Assembly: GCA_010356995.1 (NCBI GenBank) | Contig: ML996695.1 | Coordinates: forward strand, 691,061-755,060 | Direction: 5' to 3' | DNA length: 64,000 nt | DNA from: Trichodelitschia bisporula | Taxonomy: Eukaryota | Notes under the pieces: model-generated | Database searches by the model: none | Seen by the model: only the letters and a program-made list of their open reading frames with translations | Told to the model about the DNA's origin: nothing | Position numbers and translations under genes: made by a program | In this document: one piece after another, positions 23,750 to 36,904 of the stretch | Layout: each line of letters begins with the position of its first letter | Numbering within the stretch: the first letter of the stretch is position 1

Positions 23750-26426
23750 TTAGTCAATAACGATAACCTCCTTTCTCCGAGAGATTGCTGCGGAAATATC
23801 CTTTTCCATACTTTCGGTCACTTCAGCCTTGGTACTGTCTTTCAGTCGAGCACCCAGTAACTCAACATCACTTAGAGCCCACTGCCGCATCTCTTCAGGA
23901 GTGGCTCGCATCCGGAAAGTTGATATCTCGCTAGTCTCCTCGTGCAAGCGCATGGAGGTTCCAGCGACCGCAATGTGGGCCTTCCGACCCTTGAGCTCAT
24001 CTACCGAGACCATCGCGCATATTTGCAAGCGGTGCATCTGGAAATCATCCGGAATTCGCTCCAGAGGTATATTGCGTGTCGATTTTCTCCGTTTCGCCAG
24101 CGGCAAACGCGGTGAACTCGGCGCGGCACCCCCTTTGGCCCAGACAAGGCTGCCGAATCCTTCATGTGACTGCAGGGTTTCTGGCGCAGGAGGAAGGGCC
24201 ACCGGGCCGGGGTCTACGCTTGACGTCGCCGCGCCCGCACCACCACCGTGACAAGCACCGGGCTCAGAAATCCGACGATCGGATTTGCAAGGATGTGCAA
24301 TCGACTGGTATTCAGGGCCACCTTGTCGAGAGCGTGCTCTACCCTTGCTCGCCATGGCAGCCGGTGCGCAGCTGTATCCGCCAGTTACCAGGCTGGTACC
24401 GGGGTCCACGGCATGACCGGTATGCGATGAAGGTGACGAATATTCGTTCTCGTAAGCTGCTGATACCGGGGCCGCGGCTCCGACGGTGCGGTCAGCTCTT
24501 CCAGAAGGCGTCAACGGGATGCGAATGTCCTGACTCGAGGATGCACTGGGCATCTTTTTGCCGTGTGACCTGCTCGGTGGTACATTGATGGGCGTCCATG
24601 AGGCCGCTCCAGCAGGACTTACGACGCCCAGAACAGGGTTTTTGTACGGTCGGTGAAGCCGCAGCTTCTTCTCCTCGAATCGTTTCTGGAACGGTGAACG
24701 GGGAGCCGGTGAGGAGCGCCGGGTGTTAGTAACCCCCAGTCTGCGTTGAGGTTCTCCCGAACAGGACTTACGAACGTGGGGCGTGGGGGTCCTGTCAGAT
24801 ACCCGTTTTGAAAGCAATCAAGAGATTGGGACTGGCTTGGACTAGAGCTCACGGGTATGGAGCACGCCTTCATGCTCTGGGAGGTACCAGGACGAGGATT
24901 TACGTTTGGACGGTTTTTACGCCCTAGGTCTGGTCGGGCCGAAGCAGCCATCTTTGCAATGGACCATGGCTTGATCGCTGAGGAGCCGTATGGATTTTCT
25001 TCCTCGTCGTCCGATGGAGGTTTAGCCTGTTCGGCGATGGCCTCCAGCTCTTCGTCCACCTCATACATGCTGGAAGCTATTGGAGCAAGATATGGATCCT
25101 CCGAAGTGTCAGTGTAATCGCACATCTCCCCTTGTCCTTGTACTGGAATGCGATCAGAGGAGGATGCGATACGCATAGGAGGATCCGAAGCAACATCACA
25201 CTCGGCCTCCCAGTCGCCAGGTTCGGATGGATTGAAGCCCTTATGTTCGGTTAACCGGTTATTTCCCGGTGGCATCAGCTGGACCCGCTCGGCTAGCTTT
25301 GATGGATAGGCAGCATCAAAGGATAGTCGCGTCGCGGCATACAGCTTTGAGCGGTCGACGAAGAGCACATCGTCCTTAGCTGGTTCGATGTTACCGTCAT
25401 AACTCAACTCCGGACACATGATGTTGAGGCAAATGAACGGCTGCTTAGTCTTTCGGAAGTATTTGTTGCACGCTCGGAGCCTCTCTTTGTGGATAGAGAT
25501 GAGCTCGTTCATATCCTTCCCTCTCGATGACACTGGTCTGGAATCAATCGCAAGGAATTGGCCCAATCCACACAGCATCGAGGCGTCAGCATCTGGTTTG
25601 GGTATGAAGGCGTGAAACTCGTATCCATCAACCATCGCCGAGAAGAAAAAACCCTGTGATGTACATTGCTTCTTGAAGATCTGCGATGCTGCGCCGTCAA
25701 CCTGACCACTGCCTGGTTTAGGTGCATACGTGAAGTCGTCCTTGCTACTCTTCACCTTAAGTACTTTCATGGAGAACCGTACCTTCGGCCGCGCGAGGGC
25801 ATATGCACAGAGAATGCTCTTGATGTTAGCAAGACACTTCGGCGCATCCTTGTTGGCGAGCTGTTTCCGAACTGGAATTGCCTTGAAGAAGTCTGTGATG
25901 CGGACCGTAGTGTCAGCAGGATGGGAAACCATTTCTCTCCTGGACAGGTCAATAAAGCCGGACAGAAACAGCACGAAATCGCCACACGTCTCCACTCACC
26001 CCTCAGATCCGTCTTCCCCCATCCTCAGTTTAACCCCAACAACCTCTCCCTCAATCCTCGTTGTAACCAGCACCAACCCGGACACCTCGACAAGCGCACT
26101 TAACGCCTCGCCCCTAAAGCCGAGTGACTTCCCACCAAGCCGCTCCACCTCCACACAATCACGGATCTTGCTTGTACACCATCGTCACCCGACTATGCCT
26201 CGATCCCGCGGTGCAATCCCATGCCCATTGTCGCGCACTTGAATCACGTCGAGGGTGTTGGCTGAGATCTCAACGCAACAGATGAGGCTCGCGCATCCAG
26301 AGCATTGTCTATTAGCTCCTTGACAGCGGAAGCTGGGGTTGCGAGAAGTTGGGTTGACGTGAGGCGCTGCGCTGTGGGTGTGGGAATGGATAGCGACGCT
26401 GGATCGGCGTGGACGTCGAAGGGCAT
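23750..26426 (-). pseudogene. MLH2: Disrupted MutL-family mismatch repair gene, MLH2-like
   Basis: GHKL ATPase motifs AVKELIDNALDA, VRDNGHGI, TSK and LGFRGEALS; transducer motif YDxNIEPAKDDVLF. Frameshift near 26275, TGA at 26187-26185, frameshift near 24720. No DQHA endonuclease motif or FERC C-terminus seen, so MLH2-like; orthology is tentative. Confidence 0.78.
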
Positions 26427-26812
26427 GAAGGCTGCTTTATCACGTATTCGAAGAGCTGAGAATGAGGTTCAGGACGACTTACAAGTGAAGATGGTGTTGT
26501 TGAGGACACAATGTCGTCATCCCTGCCCACGACGGAAGGAACATTGCCCGAGGTTACGTGAAGGGAAGGAACGCCATTTCATTATTCGAAGGTACACCCA
26601 CCCACAGAAGGCGCGATCAATACATCAATCACAAGGCTGGATTATCCTTGAGTGAAAATAAGAACCAGACGCCTATAAGAAATATTCGTCCCATCATCCT
26701 GCGCCGTGCCATGTAACAATTCTAACTAGCACCTCCATGCCAGTCTCCAACAGCTGTTTCAGCTCACGAACCCACTCCGACGCCAACGAGTTGACTAATA
26801 AGCCAGTTAGCT

Positions 26813-29800
26813 TCAGGTGCTGAAAGTTGTCATGAATGCAGATTTCAGCTGCTCCACGTCTTCCTTGTTCATGCCAGCCATCCATTGACTGTTGGCAACC
26901 ATCTTCTCGAAGGCGATGTTGTCCCGAGCCTGCCCATCGGAAGCTCTGTCCTCAGCCTCGTTCCTTCGCATCACGCCGTATTCGTAACCGGAGCGTTCGA
27001 ACTTGACGTGGTAATCGTCTTGGGAGACACGGAAGCGCAGACCCTCATACTGGTGACTGATGTCGGGTTTTGGGTCAGAACGAGCTGAGCGACGAAGATA
27101 CGGAATAGACAGGTTCGCAAAGTTGATACCTTCAGTTACATCGATGTTCTCCCAGGAAGTGACGTACATACGCCAGCGGTCTAGCTTCGAGAGATTCGTA
27201 AGATCGTAGGTTGGGTCGCCCTTCTTGCACAATCGAAACTTGACGGTCTTGTCGACGGTGTCGTAAGTGATGCGGAACATCTCGCCGTCTTTTATCTGCT
27301 TGTCAACCTGATTCCTGTAGTACACTTCTTCATCAAAAGTGGTGTGATCCCCACGAGCACGGTCCTTTTTGAACAGGTGATATATCTCCGAGGTCTTCTC
27401 GCGGCCGTCTGGAGAGAAGATGCCACCGGCGAAGCGAGTCAGAGCATTGAGGAGCTTATCGAGAGAATATAGCTGCCAGCCCTCCTGGAGGTAGTAGCGG
27501 CGCAGCGCATCCTCAACCGTGGACATCTCAAGCACACCCTTTATCTGCGACTCGAACATTTCCAACATCTGTTGGTAATAGTTGGCCGTCGGGCTGGTGT
27601 CGCGGAAGAAGTCGTCAGGGTATTTGTCGATCCAACCGAGCTCTTGAGCCGCCTTGGGAGCCTTAGCCCGACGAACGGACTTGTGGACTTCGTCCTCCGC
27701 AGCCTTGATCTTGGCCAGACGCTCGCAGAGCACACCTAGGAGACGGACGAAGCAGTAGAGCTGCTGATTGGCGTACATGTGGTATGACGTGCGAGGGAAC
27801 GGGTCGTACGGACTGATGTTCTGGCCGTTCCCAAGGCTGTTGTCGGTGGGATGATTAAACCACTTGTCGCTAGGTGGGTTGGCTCCGTCGGTCTCGTTCG
27901 AGCTCTGATCAGCCTCTTGCATCGCCTCATCCGCAGCTGAAGCATTGTCCGGAGTCGTGCCTCTACTGTCGGATGCCACGCTCTCATGCCCGGCACGACC
28001 ACGCTCGAGGACTCCGCGAAGTAAGTTTGCTTTCTTGCCGGCGCCTCGCGAGAAAGGAGACACGCCTTCTTCAGGAGTCGGCGACCCTTCCTCCGCATCC
28101 TCCATGGCGACGTCCTGACCCTGGCGAGTTCGGTCTTGAAAGAAGTTCGCATCGAGGTCGAAAAACAGCGTCACAAACTCCTTCATGAAGCCGAGAAGAC
28201 GCGGGTGGTCTGGAAGGCTATTGGCCTCGGCGTACGTGAGGATCAGAAGAGTCGCATCGCGGAGGACGTTTCGATCCTCGAAGGAGTAGATGAACTGATA
28301 ATCGGGGATGTTGGTCTTTCCCAGCTCACGACACCGCTTGTGCTCCTCATAGCGCACCTGGATCTCGTTGACCAATTGCTTCGGCCAAAACTGGCGCTTG
28401 TCAGAAATGCGCGATGTAGTCCCTTGGGCGTCCAAGCTCTTGAAGAACATTTGGTTCGTCTGCGTGCGCCAAACCTTCTGCCACTGGGCTTGCGCTGCCT
28501 TCCATTCTGCTTGTTTGCTCTTGAGGCGGGCGAGAAGAGTAGGGATGACGTCGTAGGGCTTCAGGAACATCCGCTCGACCACTTGCATCCCCTTGTCCCG
28601 ACCATAGACCTTGTTGATGAGGCGGCGGTATATGAACACGCTCTGGCCTCCGAGCTTTGGATCTAGCTTGTATTGGTCACGGGCCTCGGGGGTCGCCTGA
28701 TGCAGGATGCTGGCAATCGGCTCGAGGAGCTGAATGGTCCGGCCGCAGATCTCTAGATGATAATCGTAGTCATGACGCTCCTCTTCGATACGATGGAGGC
28801 CCTCCTCGTGCACATTCTTCCGATGTGCCACGAAGCCGGAATCTTCGGATTCCCAGGTGGGATGCGAAACCCAGTCGTCGTTGAGCACCTCATTGCAAAT
28901 AGAGTCGCGACCGGAGCACTTGTTCGTCTTTTCATGGTTGGGAAGGAAGCGGTAGCTGGGGCCATAGCTACGACAATTGGCGAGATTGACACGGCCGTGA
29001 ACGTTGGTGGGCGGGTTGTTTGCCACCTCCTCCTCGCCCGGGTACCGGAGCGCTTCGCGTAGCGTCTTCATCAACTCGTCATTGTTGCCAATAAAGGCAG
29101 CGGCGCGATGGAGAAGCAGCCCCTCGTCAATGAGGTCAGAGGTGTAGAGGGCAACGAGCTGTAAGAGCTCGGTGTAGTGAGTCTTGCTGCCCACATGCTT
29201 CTTGACCTTCTCGAAAAAGGCGAGCACCTCTGGCGTCAGGCCTGTGGCCATCGATGGAGCCATAGGGCGCGGCATGGCTGGAATGATGGAGGGTTGAAGC
29301 ACGGAAGCTTCCACCGTGGGTTGTCGGTACGACTGTCGCAGCCGCTGATTGTCTTCGTCAGCCTGCTCATTACACAGATGCAAAAAAAAACCTTGATGGG
29401 GTCGCTCGCCACGCGATCGATCGCGTGAACTCAAGTCGTGAAGTGAAGGAAGGTTGACCGATTGGTATCGTGCTTGTAGTGGTTGACTACAGGGGGAAGA
29501 TGGGGAAAGGACTGGGGGAAACGGGGGAACGTGGTATAGGCAAACGGAAACGGGGAACGTGTGGAAGAGCGGCATTGCAGCCCGAATGCCATGAGAGGAT
29601 GCCTTGAGCATCACGAACGTCTTCGAGGAGAACAACGCGCACATACATGCGCACGAGGTCTGATAGAGCTGCCATCTGACCTGGCATATCCCCTAATAAT
29701 CAAGTGGAAGGAAAAGAAGTGGCATACCTTATTGCCATTGTTGGTCGGCGCAAACGCGCCACGCGCAGCCAAATTCACAGGCTCGGGTCCAGACGGGCCC

Positions 29801-32168
29801 GAGGCCACGGTACCCTGCCGGTCGCTGCGTTTCCTCTTGTTATCCCGATTTGCGCTCGGAGTTGGTGCAAAGTTGCCCATTGGAGGCAAGCGTGGTTGAT
29901 CGGTTCTCGGGGTTTGCTGCTGATGCGCGTGCACGGCAGCAGCAGCAGCGTAGCCCGGTTCCGTCCGCGTGCTGCTCATAGGAAATGCCTCCTCGTTTAC
30001 CGGCCTCGTCGCTGCTGGCTTCGTCTGGGCCGCAGATTCGGGTAGAAATTGCTTGAAATCTTCCAGGAGGTCCGGAGCACCTTCAAAAAGATGCGTGACC
30101 TGCGCGTATACGTCGTGTATAGGCTTCGACTCGCGTTGATAGGTTTGTAGTATTTCAAGGAACTGCTTGTATATATCGGGCTGCGAGGCAAACCGATTCT
30201 ATGTCGGGTAAGCAATCATCGGGAAATTTGTGCAGCAGTTGATCGTACCTTAATCTTGTTGACGTAGCTGATGGCGTGGTTGAACTCCACAGGTCCTCTA
30301 CTCTTTTCACCAGTCCCATTCGCCGCTCCCTGTAGCAGCACAGGCCCCGAGCCGTTCAGCGCATGCGCTGACAAGACGTTCGGGAGTTCACCCGGCGAGG
30401 TCGTCAATGTTTTATTCTGGGCGGAGCCAGCGGCAGCTATATTTGTGGTTGACGATGCCAAGTGGGCATTTGCACGTTGCTCGCTCTGATGGACCAATGA
30501 ATGAAGGCTATGCTGTTCCCGATGAGCCTCTGGAGAAATCGAATGTGGCGCAGGGACCTGTGCGGTATAAGCTCCCCCTTGAGGCGCGGTACGTGCAGCC
30601 TCAGGGCTGAAAGGTCCTTCTTGCTGCACACCAGCTTGCTGCTGGTGGCCCCAGCCCAAGCGACCAGACGCGTCGTAGAATTGTCGTTCGGTCGCGCTTG
30701 CTGGCGCGCCATTAATTCCATGCGACCGAGGGTTAGACAACGGCCGGGCGGGAGGCATGGTCGACACAGTCGTGCCCATCGGGGTCGTCACCCGAATCGC
30801 ATTGGGATCATCTCCAGCGCCACACTCAATCTTATAACCGGGCGGCAAGAAGGTGTTAAAGCCCTGGATGAGCCCAGGGTTGCCAGCGAAGAGGTGTGAG
30901 ACTCGCTCAATCACCCCAGGCGTGTCAATTCTGTACGGCGAATCAGCCTTGATAACAGGATTCTGAGACGCGTTGGGTACTAACGCTCCGCTCTTGAAAT
31001 CCTTCATGATGTCCAGAAACCGGTTATACACGTCTGGATGGTCTGCGAACTGGAACTTCACCTGGTCAAGGTAACTAAGGGCATCCTGGATTCAGGTCAG
31101 AAGAAACGTGATTGATAAGCATGATGGCTTACATTAAGAATGGGTTGCTGTGCCTGATTCATGGCAGTGGACTGCTGCTGGCCCGGACCCGCCTGAGGGA
31201 ACGACACCAAGTGGTTTGCTTGGGCCTGCTGTCCCTGCTGCTGCTGCTGCTGAAGGCGCGCCGCCTGCTCTGGGGCATGCGGTGCTCCGCCAGGGAACAA
31301 TGACTGCCCAGCGCTCATAGAAGCTGGAGCGGTGCTAGGCCCTCCACCTGATCCTGCGTTGTTCAAGAGCCCGTTCGGCCCGTGGATGGCGCGCGCACTG
31401 GGGGCAACGGCAACTGGCTGGTGGAGATGGATTGGAGCCGCATGGTTCTCATGAGATGGATTCTGCTCGCGATGCTGGCGCTCGCGCATTTCGCGCTCTC
31501 GCTGCTCGCTGCCACGAGCAAGCTCTTCCATCTCCCTAGATTCACGGATCTCCCTATCACGCTCTGCTTCGATTCCAGGATGAGCGTGCAGTTGGTGCTG
31601 AGTGATGCCCGGAAGTGAATACCCGGGTATCTGTGCCGTCTGGTGGTGAGTTGTAGCACCAGGATCCTGCTGCTGACTCTGCGGACGTTGATTCTGCACT
31701 TGGCCCTGTGGTCCCTGAGCTAGCGCTGTGAGAGTGGGGAGGTTGTGGCCGGATTGGACACTTGCAAAGAAATTGCCTGGCCCTGGATGTCCGAACGAGT
31801 TAAAACCCTTCGACTGCGCAGATGCCTCAGAGAGAAGGGTCATACCCGAGGGTGGGGGCAGTACTGGTGCGGGTGCGGATGCCGCCGGTTGGGGTTGCTG
31901 CTGCTGTGCCGAGGGCCCTCCAGGACTGTGACGTAGTTAGCAGCTGGTCAAATCTGGGACAGCAAAAGGTTTAAATCGAACGCGAAGCACATATCCGATG
32001 AACTCGCGAGCGATCATATGCTTAGCCAACCAAAGGTGCCAACACCAGCACTCACTTATACGTTCCCAACGGCCGAGCAGACTGTCCTGGTTGATCTGAA
32101 GTATTTGAAGGGTTCGTCGCGCCCGTGGGTGCTGGCGGTGGCGCCCATGTCTCGCGATTTTGATTCAT
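26813..32168 (-). CDS. SIN3: Transcriptional corepressor Sin3 (Rpd3 HDAC scaffold)
   Basis: PAH1 ([10 protein letters not shown]...[14 protein letters not shown]...[10 protein letters not shown]), PAH2 ([17 protein letters not shown]), PAH3, HID (YGPSYRFLP...[27 protein letters not shown]) and Sin3_C region. Multi-exon; start 32168 inferred. Confidence 0.95.
29410..29427. repeat. Perfect 18-bp palindrome CACGCGATCGATCGCGTG in the long SIN3 intron
   Basis: Sequence equals its own reverse complement. Confidence 0.9.
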
Positions 32169-33357
32169 GACGGCGCAAAGGGGCTGTGCTGGACTCCAGT
32201 GTCAAGAGCGGAGCTTCTTCTAGTTCCCTTGACGCATCGACACGGTCAGATAGCGACTTTTCAACGAGCACCTACACAGCAAGAAACGTGTTAGAAATGA
32301 CTAATGAATCAAGTGCAGAGACCACGATGCCACGAGCACCTTGTTCTCGGACGAGACTGAACTACTATCATGTCTTCACTGGCGCAAGGTGGAGCGGGAA
32401 GCGGCGTCCTTGTACAGCTCGGGATGAAAAAAGGGAGAATTTGGAACATACCTTATGCGAATGTACTACCTAAGAAGGTCGTAGAGCAACTAACAGACTC
32501 GCAAGTGTTGCTATACAGCTGTACAGATCGTAACTTAGATGGCGTCTGGTATCGGGTCGGGAGTGAAACGCGCGCGATCAAACAGCGGCGCAACGGGCAC
32601 CTCTTGCCGCTCCGGCACATTTATTTTTCCGCCCCGATGAGCTTATCCTGTTCGGGTAATTGGTCAGCAGGGGTGCGTTGGGGCGAGATTCACGGAACCA
32701 CGGTATGCACGGGTAGATGGATGACTGGGCTACGTAATGTGCTACGCAATGTACTACATATAACTAGAATATACATCCAGCAGGTGCTGCGACGGGCCAT
32801 ATAGAGTCTGACGAAAGAAAATTCTTTGGCTATTAGAAAGAGCGAGTATCATAGCTTCATATGCAGGTCGAGTCAAATCGCAGCATGGGAGCTCGCCACT
32901 TACTCCGCACAGCTCTGACATTCGGTCCAAGGCACTTTACTGTTCAACCATACTTCTTCGAATACCCATTTCACTTCGTTACAAGAGCAACTAACGATTT
33001 CCGATTAAATCGCACATGGACAGCTCAAAACGAGGTCTGGCTACCTATGCGAACAGCACGGGGTACGGAGGTGATCTGATAGCTTCCTTTGGTGTAGCTT
33101 CTAAAATAACAGACAGCGCCAAAGTCCCAAAGAAAACCCAAGCCCGGTAGAGTGCAGAGAGGTACGTAGGCCTTCATAAAACACGACAGAATGCAGGTTA
33201 ACGTGAGAACCGGTCAATGATTTACCGGTCATACGCCGACCGATGGCCGAAGATCAGCCCGGTGTAAGGCCCACAATTGGCCCTCGCTCCTGCGGCCTCA
33301 AGGTGAAAGACTGATCCCAAGTGTATCTCCACGCCGCTCATTCCTAAAACGCCCGCA

Positions 33358-36300
33358 TCAAAATATCCAGGTAAATGAGTCTGTCACTTCGAACGAGACA
33401 CTAGATCTGCGATGATGTCAGTCAAAGCTGCACAGGAGAGGAATCTGTTTACCTGATGTCGACAGAAGAGGCGCCGATAAGCACATCGAACCAGCCTTCT
33501 TCCGCAATCCACGCTTGCAGCGAGGTATCGTAGTAGCCGACGGAATGCTTGTTGAGCAACAAGTCCACAATCTTCGACTCCCCGGGCTCAAGGAAGACCT
33601 TCGCAAAGGCCTGAAGTTCCTTCTCGGGTCTCGGGAGTCGCGACTTGACGTCTCGAATGTAGGCTTGAACCACCTCATGAGCCGCCACGTCTCCGGTGTT
33701 GGTGATCGAAACAGTGACAAGAAGCGTGTCCGACTCTCCCAAAACAGTGTCGCTAATTTCAACCTTTCCATACTCAAAGGTCGTGTACGTCAGGCCGTGT
33801 CCAAAGGGGAATAGCGGGCGGAGATGCATCCGCTCGTAGTGCTTATAACCGACAAAGATGCCCTCGCCGTACACCACCTTCATGTTCTCTCCCGGCCAGT
33901 TGTGGAATGTTGGATTATCCTCGAGCCGGATAGGGAACGTCGTCGGCAACTTACCGCTGGGGCTCTGCCGCCCGAACAGCACGTCGGCAAGGGCATTACC
34001 CGCCTCTTGGCCCTGGTACCACGCCTGCAGGATGGCCGGGACACGATCAGCCCACGGCATGGCCACCGGCGCGCCAGACTGGTTGATAACAATCGTGTTG
34101 GGATTGGCCTCAAGGACGCCCTGGACCAGGCGATCCTGGCTCCCATCCTTGGGCAGATCCATGCTCTGTCGATCGTACCCCTCGGACTCCCACTCGTTAT
34201 CCAGACCGACCAGGACAACGGCAACATCTGCCGCTTTAGCAGCCTCAACAGCCTCCGCAAGCAGGTCCACCTTGTTCTCTTCTTGGTATCCAATGCGGCA
34301 ACCGCCGTACTTGTGTGAACCTTCGATGGGGATCTTTGACGCCGGGCGGACCTCGCTCGTACTCTCCACCAACAACTCGACGGGCTGGTCGGCCGGTAGG
34401 AACACCGACTTGATGACATCTTGGGAGTCCTCAAACATGGCCTCGCCTTCCTCGGTCCAGTTCCAGTTGTCGATGAACAGCTCGCCATTGAGGAAGAGGC
34501 GGCCTGGTCCCACGCTAGAAAAGCTCAACGTGTGCAAGCCCGTTGTCTTCGGCCTAATGGTGGTCTTCACCTTGAAGGAAAAATCCGGCAACACAGCTTT
34601 GGGCGCCGAGTCCCAGAGATAGAGATCGGTTGTTTTCTTGTGCTGAACGGAAACCGGCTCTCCCTTGAAGCGGTCTCCCCGGTAAAATTCCAGAATGACA
34701 CCTTGGTCGCCATTGGATGTTTCACAAAACTTGGATGCCAACGGAAGCCACTTTGACGTGTCGCAGCCTTGCGCATATAACAGCTTGGCGGTTGTGTTCG
34801 CCTGGATACCCTCGAAGGGCGAAACCGTGTAGTAGGGATTAACCTTCGCACTCCCGCCACCTCCGGCGATGGCCCGTTTGGCATTCGGTCCAATGACGGC
34901 AATCTTTTGGGCATGCTTAATCGGCAACAGACCGCCCTCGTTCTTAAGCAGCGTTAACCCCTCAACGCCAGCTTGCCTGATCAGTTTGCTTGTGTAAGCG
35001 TTGTCATTGGCACGCTCCGGCGACTCCGGCGGGCCATTAAGCCCTTTGGTGCGATCGACGAGATAAAGCACGTTGCCCGCAGCGCGCTCAATCTCAAGGC
35101 GGGAGATTTCACCCCGCGCCAGCGCCTTGATGACGAGGCTACCCCGCTTCTTGGTCGGCCCCGGCATTTCCAGGTCGCAGCCAGCGCGAATCGAGGGTGC
35201 CGTCGAGTTCGTACCCGTCCAATCCGAAATCACGGTACTGGAAATGTCAGCGCCCGGTGCATTACAGACATTGTTTCGCTACCGCTCGCGAGACTTCGTT
35301 GGCATGAGAACGCAATGGCAAGCCGAGCAAGCAGGGTAGAGTGCAGGAGCAGGTGGGGTGGTTGAGGCCGCCCACATGCACGGTACCGCGGCTTGCAAGG
35401 AGCGTCTGAAAGGTGGATTGGGCCGGAAGGAGAAGGGCGGGAAGAGGGTAGGCCGCTTACCCATCATACTTCCACTCCCCACGCAAGACCTTCTTGAGGG
35501 TGAACTCGTTCATATCGGCGTGAACACCATTGACAAGGTTGTAGGAACTCATGAGGGCCCATGGCGAGCTCTCGCGAACGGCAATCTCAAAGGGCTTAAG
35601 ATAGACCTCGCGCAGCGGCCGTTCCTGGATGACAGAGTCGATCTTCATCCGGTGGGTTTCCTGCTCATTCCCAACAAAATGCTTAATGGTGGCAGCAACG
35701 CGCTTGCTCTGCACGCCGCGGATGTATGCAGCGGCAAGCTTACCCGTTAGAAAGGGGTCCTCTGAAAAGGACTCGAAGTTGCGACCCCCGAGCGGTGAGC
35801 GATGCATGCAGACGGTCGGGGCCAATAGGACATTCGCCCCGCGAGCTTTGGCTTCCTCGCCCAGATGCTTCCCGACCTCGTGGACCAGGTCCGTGTTCCA
35901 CGTGGCAGCAAGGGAGATGCCGCATGGAAACAGTGCCGCCTGCAATATCGAAAACGTCAGTGTTCATGCAGGGCGATGGCAGGGCGGAGGCGAGTGGGTC
36001 GGGGGGAAGAACGCCCTCTTTCGGACTCACCGGTGTGCCATTGTCGAAGAACTCGCCTCGTGCACCGTTCGGGCCGTCGGTGGTCTTGATGGATGGGATC
36101 CCCCGATGCGGCAAGGCAACCGTCCGCCAAAAGTCCGCACCAGCTAGAAGCGAGACCTATCAAGACCTGTCAGCCCATATGATCACGCAATGATATCCCC
36201 ATGAAGGTAGTCAAATCTCCTGCGGCAGCGGCGGAGTTTTTTTTTTCGCCAAAGGGCGTCCTCAAATGCACCGCGAGTCAGAACAGACAAGGGAGCAGTG

Positions 36301-36904
36301 CTGGGCGATTCGCCCGGGATGAATGAAGTAAAAGCAGATAAGGGTGGTTCATGCGTCGCACCTCCCGCCGCGTATATGCAAGCAAGTGTGAGGCGACGAG
36401 GAAACGAATGGCACGGACTATAAAACGGCAGATATGAACAAGGATGGTTACGGACGAACCCTCGTTCGCCCGGCTTGAGGGTGGGGGAGAAAATAAAGAA
36501 GGAAAAAGGACAGGTCAGGGAGACAAACCGGTCAAAGGCGATGGAGGCGCAGGAAGCAATATAAAAACGCTGTTATGATGAAGGGTTGTGAAGGGAAAAG
36601 GTGGGGAAGGGAGGGGTGAGGTGAGGTTTGGGAATGCGGGAAGGAGCTATGATGCTCAATGTAACCGTACCTGTTCTTCCAATGACAACCGCGACGCCAT
36701 CTCCCGCGCACGATCATCAGGTTTCTCCAGCGAGTAGAGTTTCTTTGCCGTCATGATGGGCTGTCCGTTGGACACAGGGCCCTTTGCTGAGTATGCGAAT
36801 GAAACGCTTCTATGGCAGTCGAGCTGGCCACGTGATTCGAGTTTTATAGAAAATGATGAGTTATCACCGGCGACCACGTCAACTGCAAGGTCGATATCGG
36901 TCAT
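33358..36904 (-). CDS. GH3 beta-glucosidase with PA14 insertion and FN3-like C-terminus (no signal peptide from this ATG)
   Basis: Motifs LLAGADFW, TDGPNGARG, GGRNFESFSEDP, KHFVGNEQE, nucleophile motif ISDW, ESEGYDR, YGEGIFVGY and FPFGHGL. Five exons: introns about 36670-36157, 36030-35940, 35460-35240 and 33453-33407. Confidence 0.94.
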
